Source: Clostridiales bacterium
GTDB lineage: Bacteria > Bacillota > Clostridia > Oscillospirales > Acutalibacteraceae
Direction of reading: 5' to 3'
Assembly (NCBI GenBank): GCA_024690965.1
Contig: JAILOG010000016.1
Coordinates: 204,410 to 268,409, forward strand
DNA: 64,000 nt
Under the pieces are notes generated by a model. The model searched no databases. It worked only from the letters and a program-made list of their open reading frames with translations, and was not told where the DNA came from. The position numbers were made by a program, and so were the translations under genes. Of the stretch, positions 51,402 to 60,753 are shown in pieces. The first letter of the stretch is position 1. The number at the start of each line of letters is the position of its first letter.

Positions 51402-52421
51402 ATGCCTTTTATAAGCGTTATTGTACCTGTATACAACAGCGAAACATATCTTTCTTTTTGCATAGAGAGCATATTAAACCAAACCTTTAAAGACTTTGAA
51501 TTGCTGCTCATAGACAATAATTCATCGGATAAAAGCCTTGATATCTGCGAGCGTTATTCCGAGCGCGATAACAGAATAAAGGTATTTTCTCAAAAAGAAC
51601 CGGGTGTTTCCGCCGCGCGCAATATGGGTTTGGACAATGCCTGCGGCGAATATGTTATGTTCGTTGACAGTGACGATTTTGTAAAAGAGAATTATTTATC
51701 TTGCTTTGTTGATTTCAAAAACAAATATCCCGATTGCGACAATATATGGTGCTGTTATGATAATTTAAATAATTATAATTCCTGTAGCACTGCCCCCGCC
51801 GATTATCTTAATGGCCAAAAGTATTTTGAAATCTGCAGAGATAAATACATGACTCTGTTTGATGAATTGCTATGCCAGCCTGTGTGGAACAAATTATACA
51901 AAAACAGCATATTACAGGAGAACAATATCCGTATGATAGGCGGTATGCAGCTTGGAGAGGATATAATTTTCGGGCTTGAATATCTCGATAAAAGCGGCGA
52001 AAGAATTGTGCTTATGAATATTGCCCCTTATGTACATATGAATTGCATTTCGGGATCTCTTACCCGTCAATTTCATATAAACAGAGAGTCATATTCGTAT
52101 GAGATAAACAGGAATCTTATAAAATACGGTATTAAATGGGGGCTGTCCCCGGATCAAATGACACGCGCCTATAACTCGGTATTTTACAGATTCGCAAGCA
52201 CAATGAGAGGAATATATAACTGCAGGACCGATTTATCAAAGCGGCACAGAAAAAGAATGTGCAGAGAGATAATGAAAAGCCCGGAATTTAAAGACGCGCT
52301 TAATAAGTGCGATTGCAGTATCAATCCTTTTCAAAAGGCAGCCTATAAACTCAGGTGCTATACTGCTGTAAACGCTTATGATAAGCTATATGACATAAAG
52401 CACAAGAAAAAAAGCAGGTGA
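51402..52421 (+). CDS. Glycosyltransferase family 2 (paralog 2 of 3)
   Basis: MPFISVIVPVYNSETYL...LIDNNSSD...DSDD. Confidence 0.85.
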   Translation: MPFISVIVPVYNSETYLSFCIESILNQTFKDFELLLIDNNSSDKSLDICERYSERDNRIKVFSQKEPGVSAARNMGLDNACGEYVMFVDSDDFVKENYLSCFVDFKNKYPDCDNIWCCYDNLNNYNSCSTAPADYLNGQKYFEICRDKYMTLFDELLCQPVWNKLYKNSILQENNIRMIGGMQLGEDIIFGLEYLDKSGERIVLMNIAPYVHMNCISGSLTRQFHINRESYSYEINRNLIKYGIKWGLSPDQMTRAYNSVFYRFASTMRGIYNCRTDLSKRHRKRMCREIMKSPEFKDALNKCDCSINPFQKAAYKLRCYTAVNAYDKLYDIKHKKKSR

Positions 52422-52426
52422 AATAT

Positions 52427-53413
52427 ATGCCTCTTATATCTGTAATTGTACCCGTGTATAATGCGGAAAAAACACTTGAATACTGTATTAGAAGTATTTT
52501 AGAGCAAACTTTTGAAGATTTTGAATTGTTGCTTATAGACGACGGTTCAAAGGACAGAAGCGCTGAAATATGTGATGCTTTCGCTGAAAAGGATAACAGA
52601 ATAACCGTTATCCGCAAAGAAAACGGAGGAGTTTCCTCCGCCAGAAACACAGGCATAAAAAACGCCTCGGGCAAATACATATGCTTTGCAGACAGCGACG
52701 ATTATATTTCAAATAAATATTTGCAAGCATTAATTGATGCTAAAAACAAATACAGCAACTCAGACAATATTTGGTGCGGATTTCAAACGGTTGACGGTTA
52801 TGATAATCCAAGAATTAATCATACCGCAATATTTGATGATAACGTTCCCGTTTCGGTACTGTCACGGGACAGAATTATGACAATACATGAAAAATGGTTG
52901 GATTCGGGCCCGTACTGTAAGCTATATTCAAAGAGCATTATTGAGGATAATAATCTCCTTTTTCCGCAAGATCTGTCACTCGGAGAGGACTTGGTCTTTA
53001 ATTTTGAATACCTTGACCGGACTAACGGAAAAATAGTGATCATAAACCAACCTCTTTATAATTACGTTTTTTGTAACGGATCATTGAGTAACAGATACTA
53101 TTCAAATATGTTTGAAATATATAAGCGTATAAACAGTGTAATGCACAGCTGTGTAAAAAAGTGGAACTGCGACGCCTCGGAAGTCTCAAAGCTTTATAAC
53201 GCGTGTTTTTTCAAGTATGAGGTAGTGTTAAGAAACACGTTTTGTAAAGAAAGTAAAATTAAGAATAAAGTAAAGTATAATAAAGAAATACTGAAAAGCG
53301 AGGAATTTACCACGGCATTTGAAAACTCGAACTGTTATATTCATCCAATTTACAGATTTGCGTATAAACACAGGCTTTCTCTTGTTTTACGCCTAATGTA
53401 TAAGGTATTGTAG
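52427..53413 (+). CDS. Glycosyltransferase family 2 (paralog 3 of 3)
   Basis: MPLISVIVPVYNAEKTL...LIDDGSKD...DSDD. ATG 52427 with AGGTGA 5 nt upstream. The track's GTG start is rejected. Confidence 0.85.
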   Translation: MPLISVIVPVYNAEKTLEYCIRSILEQTFEDFELLLIDDGSKDRSAEICDAFAEKDNRITVIRKENGGVSSARNTGIKNASGKYICFADSDDYISNKYLQALIDAKNKYSNSDNIWCGFQTVDGYDNPRINHTAIFDDNVPVSVLSRDRIMTIHEKWLDSGPYCKLYSKSIIEDNNLLFPQDLSLGEDLVFNFEYLDRTNGKIVIINQPLYNYVFCNGSLSNRYYSNMFEIYKRINSVMHSCVKKWNCDASEVSKLYNACFFKYEVVLRNTFCKESKIKNKVKYNKEILKSEEFTTAFENSNCYIHPIYRFAYKHRLSLVLRLMYKVL

Positions 53414-53427
53414 TTTGTAAAAACTGC

Positions 53428-53456
53428 TTGACAAAACGGCAAATATGCTGTATCTT
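53428..53456 (+). promoter_or_regulatory. Candidate sigma-A promoter for the downstream lipoprotein gene
   Basis: TTGACA, then 17 bp, then TATCTT. An alternative TTGAGA-16-TATAAT lies at 53471-53498. Confidence 0.4.
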
Positions 53457-53525
53457 TGTTATACGCGGATTTGAGAATTCTGCACGTTTTAATATAATAA
53501 TATTTGATAAAAGGAATGTATGGAT

Positions 53526-54056
53526 ATGAAAAGAATAATTACCGCTTTTGTTATTTGCGCTATGGCAGCAGCCTTGCTTTGCGGTTGCGGAGATGATACT
53601 ACAGTTATTACTCCGAGTGAAAACGAAACATCATCAGTTGTTGCATCTACATCAAGCAAAACCGTAAGCGTTGCCAGTGTTGAGCCGAAAACAGATCTTC
53701 CGTGGCCCGACGCAGAGGCTTTGGCTGTGCTTCCCAAGCTTTGCGATACGGTAGACTATTATGTTGACGCTCAGGCGGGAGGCAGCGAAGGAACATATAA
53801 CATTCAGGTAAAAGACATAGAATACTCAGAATTTAAAGAGTATATAGACAATATGCTTGAAAACAGCTTTTCACATTGGGAAACGATAGGCGAAATGGTT
53901 TTGCCGGATGAATTGTCAGACGGTGATTCGGCATTTTGCCCCCTTACAAACGGCGAAAGCTTATGGGGTATTATTGAATACAACCCCTCAGGCAATGCAG
54001 AGGGAAACAAAGTTGCAATGGTATTCTATGACTACAACCCATATTCGGGATATTGA
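53526..54056 (+). CDS. Lipoprotein of unknown function
   Basis: MKRIITAFVICAMAAALLCGCGDD lipobox. Ser/Thr-rich linker. 176 aa. Confidence 0.65.
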   Translation: MKRIITAFVICAMAAALLCGCGDDTTVITPSENETSSVVASTSSKTVSVASVEPKTDLPWPDAEALAVLPKLCDTVDYYVDAQAGGSEGTYNIQVKDIEYSEFKEYIDNMLENSFSHWETIGEMVLPDELSDGDSAFCPLTNGESLWGIIEYNPSGNAEGNKVAMVFYDYNPYSGY

Positions 54057-54073
54057 TAAATATAATTAACGTA

Positions 54074-54110
54074 AACGGCACGGTAAGGTAAACACCTCAA
54101 CCGTGCCGTT
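54074..54110. terminator. Hairpin between convergent lipoprotein (+) and MIF-like (-) genes
   Basis: aacggcacgg-(17 nt)-ccgtgccgtt. 10-bp stem with weak U tracts on both sides. Confidence 0.5.
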
Positions 54111-54134
54111 ATTCCTATGGTAAAAACGGAACTA

Positions 54135-54479
54135 CTAAAAATTTCTCCCGTTCCAGCCCCAATGCTCGCACTCTTCATATTTTATATATATTCTGTCTTT
54201 TGGGATATTGAGCACTGAGTTTACGATATCGCATACAACTTCGGTCATATTGTCATATTCGCTGTTGCTTGCGTGACCTAAGAGCTGTATTTCTATCATA
54301 GCAGTATTTTTAGTATTATCGCCTTTGAACCAAACGCGGCAATTATCATCAAAGGATATCATAAGCCACGACTCGGTTTTTCCCGAAAAGCACTCTATCG
54401 CCTTTCCTAATTTGCTTTTAAGCTCAGTTTCCTGAGACGACGTTATTGCTGCGGTTGTTTTTAAATTAATATGAGGCAT
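54135..54479 (-). CDS. MIF/tautomerase-superfamily protein (Pro-1 tautomerase)
   Basis: Begins MPHINLKT (Pro at position 2, which becomes the catalytic N-terminus after Met removal). 114 aa MIF-like length. SD ACGGAGAAA. Confidence 0.75.
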   Translation of the reverse strand: MPHINLKTTAAITSSQETELKSKLGKAIECFSGKTESWLMISFDDNCRVWFKGDNTKNTAMIEIQLLGHASNSEYDNMTEVVCDIVNSVLNIPKDRIYIKYEECEHWGWNGRNF

Positions 54480-54525
54480 AGTTAAATTTCTCCGTTTCCG
54501 TATTGTTATTTAATTTTATAATACT

Positions 54526-54560
54526 CGGCACTTCCGCAAAAATAATTCCCGGAAGTGCCG
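54526..54560 (-). terminator. Terminator hairpin downstream of the dockerin-BMP gene
   Basis: cggcacttccg-(13 nt)-cggaagtgccg. 11-bp stem. Confidence 0.55.
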
Positions 54561-54591
54561 TTATTATACACCTTTTAAAAAGTAATACGTA

Positions 54592-56802
54592 TTATTCAAG
54601 TATGATTGCAGGCAGGTCTACTGTTGTATATTCCGATAATGCTCCAAACGGATCTTCTTCGTTATAGTTCATTTGATATTCACCGTTTTCGAGTTTGTGT
54701 ACCATTTCCTCATAATCTTCAGTTTTAAATGTTCTGAAATTCCAGCTTTGGTCCTCAAGAGGCAAGCCCAAATATTGCATATACTCTTTGTATGACGCAA
54801 CTATAAAATGTCCGCCCATCGTATAAAACTCATTTTCAAGAACCGCCGAAAGAAGATCGTACACAGCGGGCTCTACCTTTTTGACTGCTGATGTAAGCAC
54901 AGGATTATAACCCATATTGTCGGTGTCTAATCCGTCTATATACATACTTCCTATATCGCTCTGGTCCATATCTACACCTATCATATATCTCCTGTTCAAA
55001 ACGACAGCTTCCAAAACTGACTGATATATTCCGCCACCGCAACTAAATATTACCTCTGCCCCGTTTTTATACATATCGTCTGCCATATGAGAAACCACAC
55101 CGCTTGGGAAGAACTGTCCCGCGTATCTAATTGTTACGGTTATGTTTTTCTTAAGCTCTTTTGCCGCTTGGTCGGCACCGTAAACATATCCCACTCCGTA
55201 TTTATTAACTGCCGGGATATCCATGCCGCCTAAAAAGCCTAATTTTGTAAATCCGTCCTTTACGGCCGCATAACCTGCCGCGTATCCTGAAGCCATCGTA
55301 TCAAATTCGCCGCAGATAACATTTTGTGATAAGTTACCCTCTACATCATCTTCGGTTATATCCAAACCTATAAAGTTAACATCGGGGTATTTTGTTTGCA
55401 CTTCGGGAATTGCTTCGCCAAATTGGAATCCAATGAACAAAACAGTGTTACAGCCTTCTTTTACGGCCTCGTCTATTTTCGCAATTATGCTTTCCTTTGT
55501 GTCTTCTTTAACAGTGTAACATTTGGCTTCAACACCGGTTATTTTGCTTATACGTTCCATTGCGTGCCAAGCTTCGCGGTTAAATCCTTCTTCTGCGCCT
55601 GCGCTGTCGGCAATAAGGGCAAATTTTGCAAGCACACCTTTCTTTTGATATTCGGATATTGTGTTGAATTTGTAAGCGTCTTTTATATCATAACACGATT
55701 TTAAAATGAGCTTGCCTGAATCATTATCATATGCTATATGATAATTGTTTCCTTCACCATTTATATATGTCACAACATACTTTTCTTCGGTCGAACCCAT
55801 ACTGTATTGTTCCCAAACACAAAAATGTGTCGAAATATCAGAGTCGCTTTCATCACCTATTGTAATTTCCGCACCGTCTTCAACTTTACCATCCTTTAAC
55901 TTAAGGCGATGGCCTGTGGTCTTTTGAACCAAAGAATATTCATTTGTATCGTTTAAAGCATATTCAAATGACCAAAGTGTGTTTTCATCCGTAAAATTAT
56001 CGGCAAAATATAATTTTCCGTCTTTATCAAACGTCAATACTCTGTTATCAACAGTAAAACAGAAATAATTACCCATATAGGGTCCCGTTAAACATTCTGT
56101 CTCTCTGCTGAATACGAACTTTATTTCGAGTGTTCCCATATGCTGAGCTTGATCATCGTATACTTCAATACTAAGTATATAAACATCGTCATATGCATCT
56201 TTCGGCATAGTTAAAAGTGCAAAATTCTCTTTTTCCGTGTTCCAAACAAATCCAAAATTCTCTATATCGCGATTTCCCCATCTTGTTCGCAGCTGTACTT
56301 TAGAGTTCCACTCGCCGTAGTGCTGTGTAAGATATTCATTTTTAAACGGCACATATATAACAAGAGAATCACTGTCAGAATCGTCGATTTCACAAACAAG
56401 TTGATCAAGGTCGAACATATTCTCGTCGCCCACGCAGCCTCTGCCTACAACAGCAAACCTCTTTTTACTTTTAACGTCTGTATCCGTATTCTTATCTGTG
56501 TCGGTGTCTTTTTCCATCACATCAAATTTATCTATCAGCTTCGCGATAAACTTTTGCATATTGGTTACATCGAGCATAGTAAGCTCGCCGTCGCCGTTAA
56601 CATCGGCTAAGGTGATATCCTCAAGGGTGGTGAGCTTTGCGATTACCCTTTGAACAAGCGTAACGTCGGTCATAGATACTTCGCCGTCACCGTCCGCGTC
56701 GCCCATAACCCGGGGCTTGTCCTCGGCGTCAGCTATAATGATGCAGGAAAACATCATTGTAACGCACAGTAAAAGCGATAATACTTTTTTAATATTTTTC
56801 AT
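54592..56802 (-). CDS. Secreted protein fusing an N-terminal type-I dockerin, a DTDTD linker, a central beta-rich region and a C-terminal BMP-family (PnrA/Med-like) substrate-binding domain
   Basis: Signal peptide ...IIADA. Dockerin (DADGDGEVSMTDVTLVQRVIAKL ... DVNGDGELTMLDVTNMQKFIAKL). The C-terminal roughly 330 aa has the BMP-lipoprotein signature (VLFIGFQFGEAIPEVQTKYPDVNFIGLD). SD AAGGAGAG. Confidence 0.83.
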   Translation of the reverse strand: MKNIKKVLSLLLCVTMMFSCIIIADAEDKPRVMGDADGDGEVSMTDVTLVQRVIAKLTTLEDITLADVNGDGELTMLDVTNMQKFIAKLIDKFDVMEKDTDTDKNTDTDVKSKKRFAVVGRGCVGDENMFDLDQLVCEIDDSDSDSLVIYVPFKNEYLTQHYGEWNSKVQLRTRWGNRDIENFGFVWNTEKENFALLTMPKDAYDDVYILSIEVYDDQAQHMGTLEIKFVFSRETECLTGPYMGNYFCFTVDNRVLTFDKDGKLYFADNFTDENTLWSFEYALNDTNEYSLVQKTTGHRLKLKDGKVEDGAEITIGDESDSDISTHFCVWEQYSMGSTEEKYVVTYINGEGNNYHIAYDNDSGKLILKSCYDIKDAYKFNTISEYQKKGVLAKFALIADSAGAEEGFNREAWHAMERISKITGVEAKCYTVKEDTKESIIAKIDEAVKEGCNTVLFIGFQFGEAIPEVQTKYPDVNFIGLDITEDDVEGNLSQNVICGEFDTMASGYAAGYAAVKDGFTKLGFLGGMDIPAVNKYGVGYVYGADQAAKELKKNITVTIRYAGQFFPSGVVSHMADDMYKNGAEVIFSCGGGIYQSVLEAVVLNRRYMIGVDMDQSDIGSMYIDGLDTDNMGYNPVLTSAVKKVEPAVYDLLSAVLENEFYTMGGHFIVASYKEYMQYLGLPLEDQSWNFRTFKTEDYEEMVHKLENGEYQMNYNEEDPFGALSEYTTVDLPAIILE

Positions 56803-57224
56803 AGTTAATCTCTCCTTTTGTTAGAATCGGGTAGGTCATGCCGTGAATATATTTTATCAACTAATCTTGCGCAAATCAAGCCTTAATTCTTATTATTATA
56901 AACTTTTTGATTCACCCATATACGCGGTCACAAAGCTGAAATAATAAAGCCAAAACAGGCAAGCGCATACTTTCTTTTATAATTATAAAACCTCCCTTAA
57001 GTATTGATATTTCCCTAAAACAAATGAACATTGACAGCTATGTTCCGACTGATGACAAACCTCTCATGACAACCAACCTCCCTGTAATGTGTCAATTATA
57101 AGATTTTATTTTCTCTTATATTATATAAACACTTTTGTACCCTAATTTTAGACAAATTTTTAACTTTTTTTTATTTTGTCAAAGCATGATTATTCTGTCA
57201 TAAATACATGCATATTGCAAATGG

Positions 57225-57253
57225 TTGACACAATATAAAAAATGAAGTAAAAT
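57225..57253 (+). promoter_or_regulatory. Sigma-A promoter for tgt
   Basis: TTGACA, then 17 bp, then TAAAAT (57225-57230 / 57248-57253). SD AAAGGAATA. Confidence 0.6.
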
Positions 57254-57276
57254 TAACCGGTAAAAAATCAAAGTAA

Positions 57277-58419
<1,143 letters not shown>

Positions 58420-58457
58420 CTTGATTCGTCTGTTTTCCGTTTACGTTTGTTAATTTA

Positions 58458-58508
58458 ACTCAAAAAGAATAAATTTAATAACTCAAAAAGAATAAATTTA
58501 ATAAATAT
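58458..58508. repeat. 23-bp tandem direct repeat (2 copies plus partial): actcaaaaagaataaatttaata
   Basis: Copies at 58458-58480 and 58481-58508. A third identical 28-bp copy (actcaaaaagaataaatttaataaatat) sits at 59650-59677 on the other side of the IS. Confidence 0.85.
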
Positions 58509-58521
58509 GTTATGATACAAT

Positions 58522-59635
58522 AGATGGGTGACAAAAAAAGAGGAAAAACAACTCAAAATATGGTAAGATGTAAAGTGACCAAACAAAACATCAGCCAAGG
58601 AGTTGTTTTTCCATGACCAGTATAACATCAATAGCTAAGTTTCGTCAACGGGTAATCAGATATTCAGAAAAACATGGAGTTACAAAAGCAAGCAATAGAT
58701 TCAGAGTATGTCGAAATGCAATATATGAGTGGAAACACAAATATGACGGAACATGGAAGAGTCTCAGAGACAGATCCCACCGCCCCCACAGTCACCCGAA
58801 ACAGCAGACAGAGGAAGAGTATAAGCTCATCGAAAGATACTACCGCCGATACAAGGGCGATAAGATGCTGATGTGGGATAAGCTAAGAGAAAAAGGGTAT
58901 AAACGCTGCTATCAGAGTATGCTTCGCGCAATACGCAGGCTTAATTTGGAAGAACCACCTGAGAAAAGACGGGGGTACAAACCGAAGTCGTATAAGAGGG
59001 CGGATTACCCGGGTCAGAAGGTACAGATAGATGTGAAATATGTGCCATCCTACTGTGTTTCAAATGGACAGAAATACTACCAATATACAGCCATAGACGA
59101 GTGTACACGGTGGTGCTTCAGAGAAATGTACGACGAACACAGCACATACAGTTCTGTTGATTTTATCAAGAAATTAATAGAGAATTGTCCGTTTCCAATA
59201 AGAGAAGTACAGACGGACAACGGAACAGAATGGACAAATGCGTTGCTGGTCAAGAAAAGCACGCATAAAACCCTGCTCGAGCAGTATTTAGAGGATAATG
59301 AAATAATCTACCATCGTATAAAGATAGCGACACCAAGACACAACGGCAAGGTAGAACGCCAGCACAGGATAGATGAGCAACGCTTTTACAGTCACATGAG
59401 AATGTTCAGCTTAGAGGACGGTAGAAAACAGCTTAAAAAGTATAATAAGTTATCTAACAACATCTCAAAGAGTTGTCTTAAATACAGAAGTCCAAACGCT
59501 GTTTTAGATGATTATCTGGGGGTAATGTGAGCCGCCGACCGAGCGGTTTCGTTCGTCGCCTACGGCTCCTCTCTCAACCGCTCGGTCGCTATCTTCCTTA
59601 ACATCTTTTTATTTTTGAGTTAAGTGTCACCCATC
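58522..59635 (+). mobile_element. IS481-family insertion sequence (single DDE transposase, about 1.1 kb)
   Basis: Terminal inverted repeats GATGGGTGACA (58522-58532) and TGTCACCCATC (59625-59635). Single ORF with rve-type DDE core. Flanked at 15 nt distance by identical 28-bp direct repeats. Confidence 0.75.
58613..59530 (+). CDS. IS481-family transposase (N-terminal HTH plus rve integrase core, DDE)
   Basis: QKVQIDVKYV (D1), VQTDNGTEWT (D2), HNGKVERQHR (E). 305 aa. SD AAGGAG. Confidence 0.88.
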   Translation: MTSITSIAKFRQRVIRYSEKHGVTKASNRFRVCRNAIYEWKHKYDGTWKSLRDRSHRPHSHPKQQTEEEYKLIERYYRRYKGDKMLMWDKLREKGYKRCYQSMLRAIRRLNLEEPPEKRRGYKPKSYKRADYPGQKVQIDVKYVPSYCVSNGQKYYQYTAIDECTRWCFREMYDEHSTYSSVDFIKKLIENCPFPIREVQTDNGTEWTNALLVKKSTHKTLLEQYLEDNEIIYHRIKIATPRHNGKVERQHRIDEQRFYSHMRMFSLEDGRKQLKKYNKLSNNISKSCLKYRSPNAVLDDYLGVM

Positions 59636-59680
59636 ATTGACACATCTACACTCAAAAAGAATAAATTTAATAAATATCTA

Positions 59681-59709
59681 TTGACAACTACTGTTATTTT
59701 GCTTATAAT
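59681..59709 (+). promoter_or_regulatory. Perfect consensus sigma-A promoter immediately downstream of the IS
   Basis: TTGACA, then 17 bp (actactgttattttgct), then TATAAT. Confidence 0.7.
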
Positions 59710-59746
59710 GTGTACGGATAGGTATGTGTTTTCTATATATTAAAAA

Positions 59747-59756
59747 GGGGGGGGGG
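59747..59756. repeat. G10 homopolymer tract in the 5' leader of the small ORF
   Basis: aaaaaGGGGGGGGGGcgtccggctATG. 10 consecutive G, 9 nt before the ATG at 59766. Confidence 0.9.
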
Positions 59757-59765
59757 CGTCCGGCT

Positions 59766-59927
59766 ATGAAAAATAAGTATTGTACTCCTGAATTTACAAA
59801 CGAAAAATTGCTTGTGTCCGACGTTGTTTTAAGTTCGGGCGAAACAACATCCCAAAACGGTGATAATCTTAACTCACTTGCAGCCGGCGTATCAAGCGAG
59901 GCGGCAATGCCTTTTGGCGACCTTTGA
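59766..59927 (+). CDS. Small ORF (53 aa), hypothetical. May instead be a non-coding RNA
   Basis: MKNKYCTPEFTNEKLLVSDVVLSSGETTSQNGDNLNSLAAGVSSEAAMPFGDL. Bounded by the consensus promoter (59681) and the terminator (59949). No recognisable family. Confidence 0.35.
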   Translation: MKNKYCTPEFTNEKLLVSDVVLSSGETTSQNGDNLNSLAAGVSSEAAMPFGDL

Positions 59928-59948
59928 TTTAAAAACTGCAAAACAAAA

Positions 59949-59985
59949 GCTCTTGAGGCAATACCGCTTCAAGAGTCTTTTTATT
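59949..59985 (+). terminator. Intrinsic terminator after the small ORF
   Basis: gctcttgagg-caataccg-cttcaagagtc, then TTTTTATT. Confidence 0.7.
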
Positions 59986-59996
59986 GTCATAAATAC

Positions 59997-60683
59997 TCAG
60001 TCTTTATCTCCGCATAAAAGCTCTGTGCATTTTTCTACACAATCAGGCGATGCCATGACATTGCCGCTGTTTCTGTAATCAAACATGGCACAGAAATCAT
60101 CAATATCTTTTCGCTTTGTTTCTATATATTTATTACACAACCGAGCGATCTCGTTGCAAAACGAAGCTTTTTCCTTTTTTGTGATACCGCTTTTATAGAC
60201 TGTTTCAATAAGCATTTCATAATGCGGCATACAAAAATACTCCTGTTGCGAAAAAAGCCTTTTAAAATTTTCGTCTTTTTGCCACATATCGATCGTTGTT
60301 TTCATAAAGTGAATCATCGACAAGTTTATCCTATCGCAAACATAGCAACTGCCGTTTAATCTCCTAAGGCTAAGTAAAGCCTGTTTTTCAATTTTTTTAC
60401 CGTTTTTGCCGTCACTGAAAATATTTTCTGAGATATACTTTAAATGGCTTTGAAGCAGCAAGGCATTTTGCAGTCGGTTACCCGTACTCAGCATTTTTTT
60501 GTAATGAGTTTTGCAAAAGCCTGTTTCGTTTGTTTTTATACGAATTTCGGGCTGCATCATTGCGCCGCCGAGAATATACTCTATGCTTCTCTGCTCAAGC
60601 ACGGAATACGCTCTGCAAAAAGGACATCCGCTTTTTGGCTCAAATATATCATTTATTGGTATTGTGCTTATGTTTTCACCCAT
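59997..60683 (-). CDS. Cys/His-rich hypothetical protein with an internally duplicated CxxC ... FCxxHY module (putative zinc-binding)
   Basis: Module 1: CPFC(20-23) ... GFCKTHYKKM. Module 2: CYVCD ... FCMPHYEML. Additional C-terminal cysteines (CVEKCTELLC). 228 aa. SD TGAGGG. Confidence 0.6.
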   Translation of the reverse strand: MGENISTIPINDIFEPKSGCPFCRAYSVLEQRSIEYILGGAMMQPEIRIKTNETGFCKTHYKKMLSTGNRLQNALLLQSHLKYISENIFSDGKNGKKIEKQALLSLRRLNGSCYVCDRINLSMIHFMKTTIDMWQKDENFKRLFSQQEYFCMPHYEMLIETVYKSGITKKEKASFCNEIARLCNKYIETKRKDIDDFCAMFDYRNSGNVMASPDCVEKCTELLCGDKD

Positions 60684-60717
60684 ATAAAACCCTCACTATA
60701 AAAACTTATTTTAAATT

Positions 60718-60749
60718 AGGGACTGCCGTAAATAGCAGTCCCTTTTGTA
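60718..60749. terminator. Terminator hairpin downstream of aspS. Also oriented as a plus-strand terminator
   Basis: gggactgc-cgtaaata-gcagtccc, with TTTTGTAT on the plus side and a U-rich AUUUAAAAUAAG on the minus side. Confidence 0.65.
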
Positions 60750-60753
60750 TATA

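Noticed and set aside
59717-59985. tmRNA, SRP RNA or 6S RNA identity for the promoter-to-terminator unit after the IS
   Set aside because: No tmRNA T-arm/CCA end or tag reading frame. No SRP domain-IV motif. 6S RNA cannot be recognised by sequence alone. Left as a small ORF/sRNA candidate.
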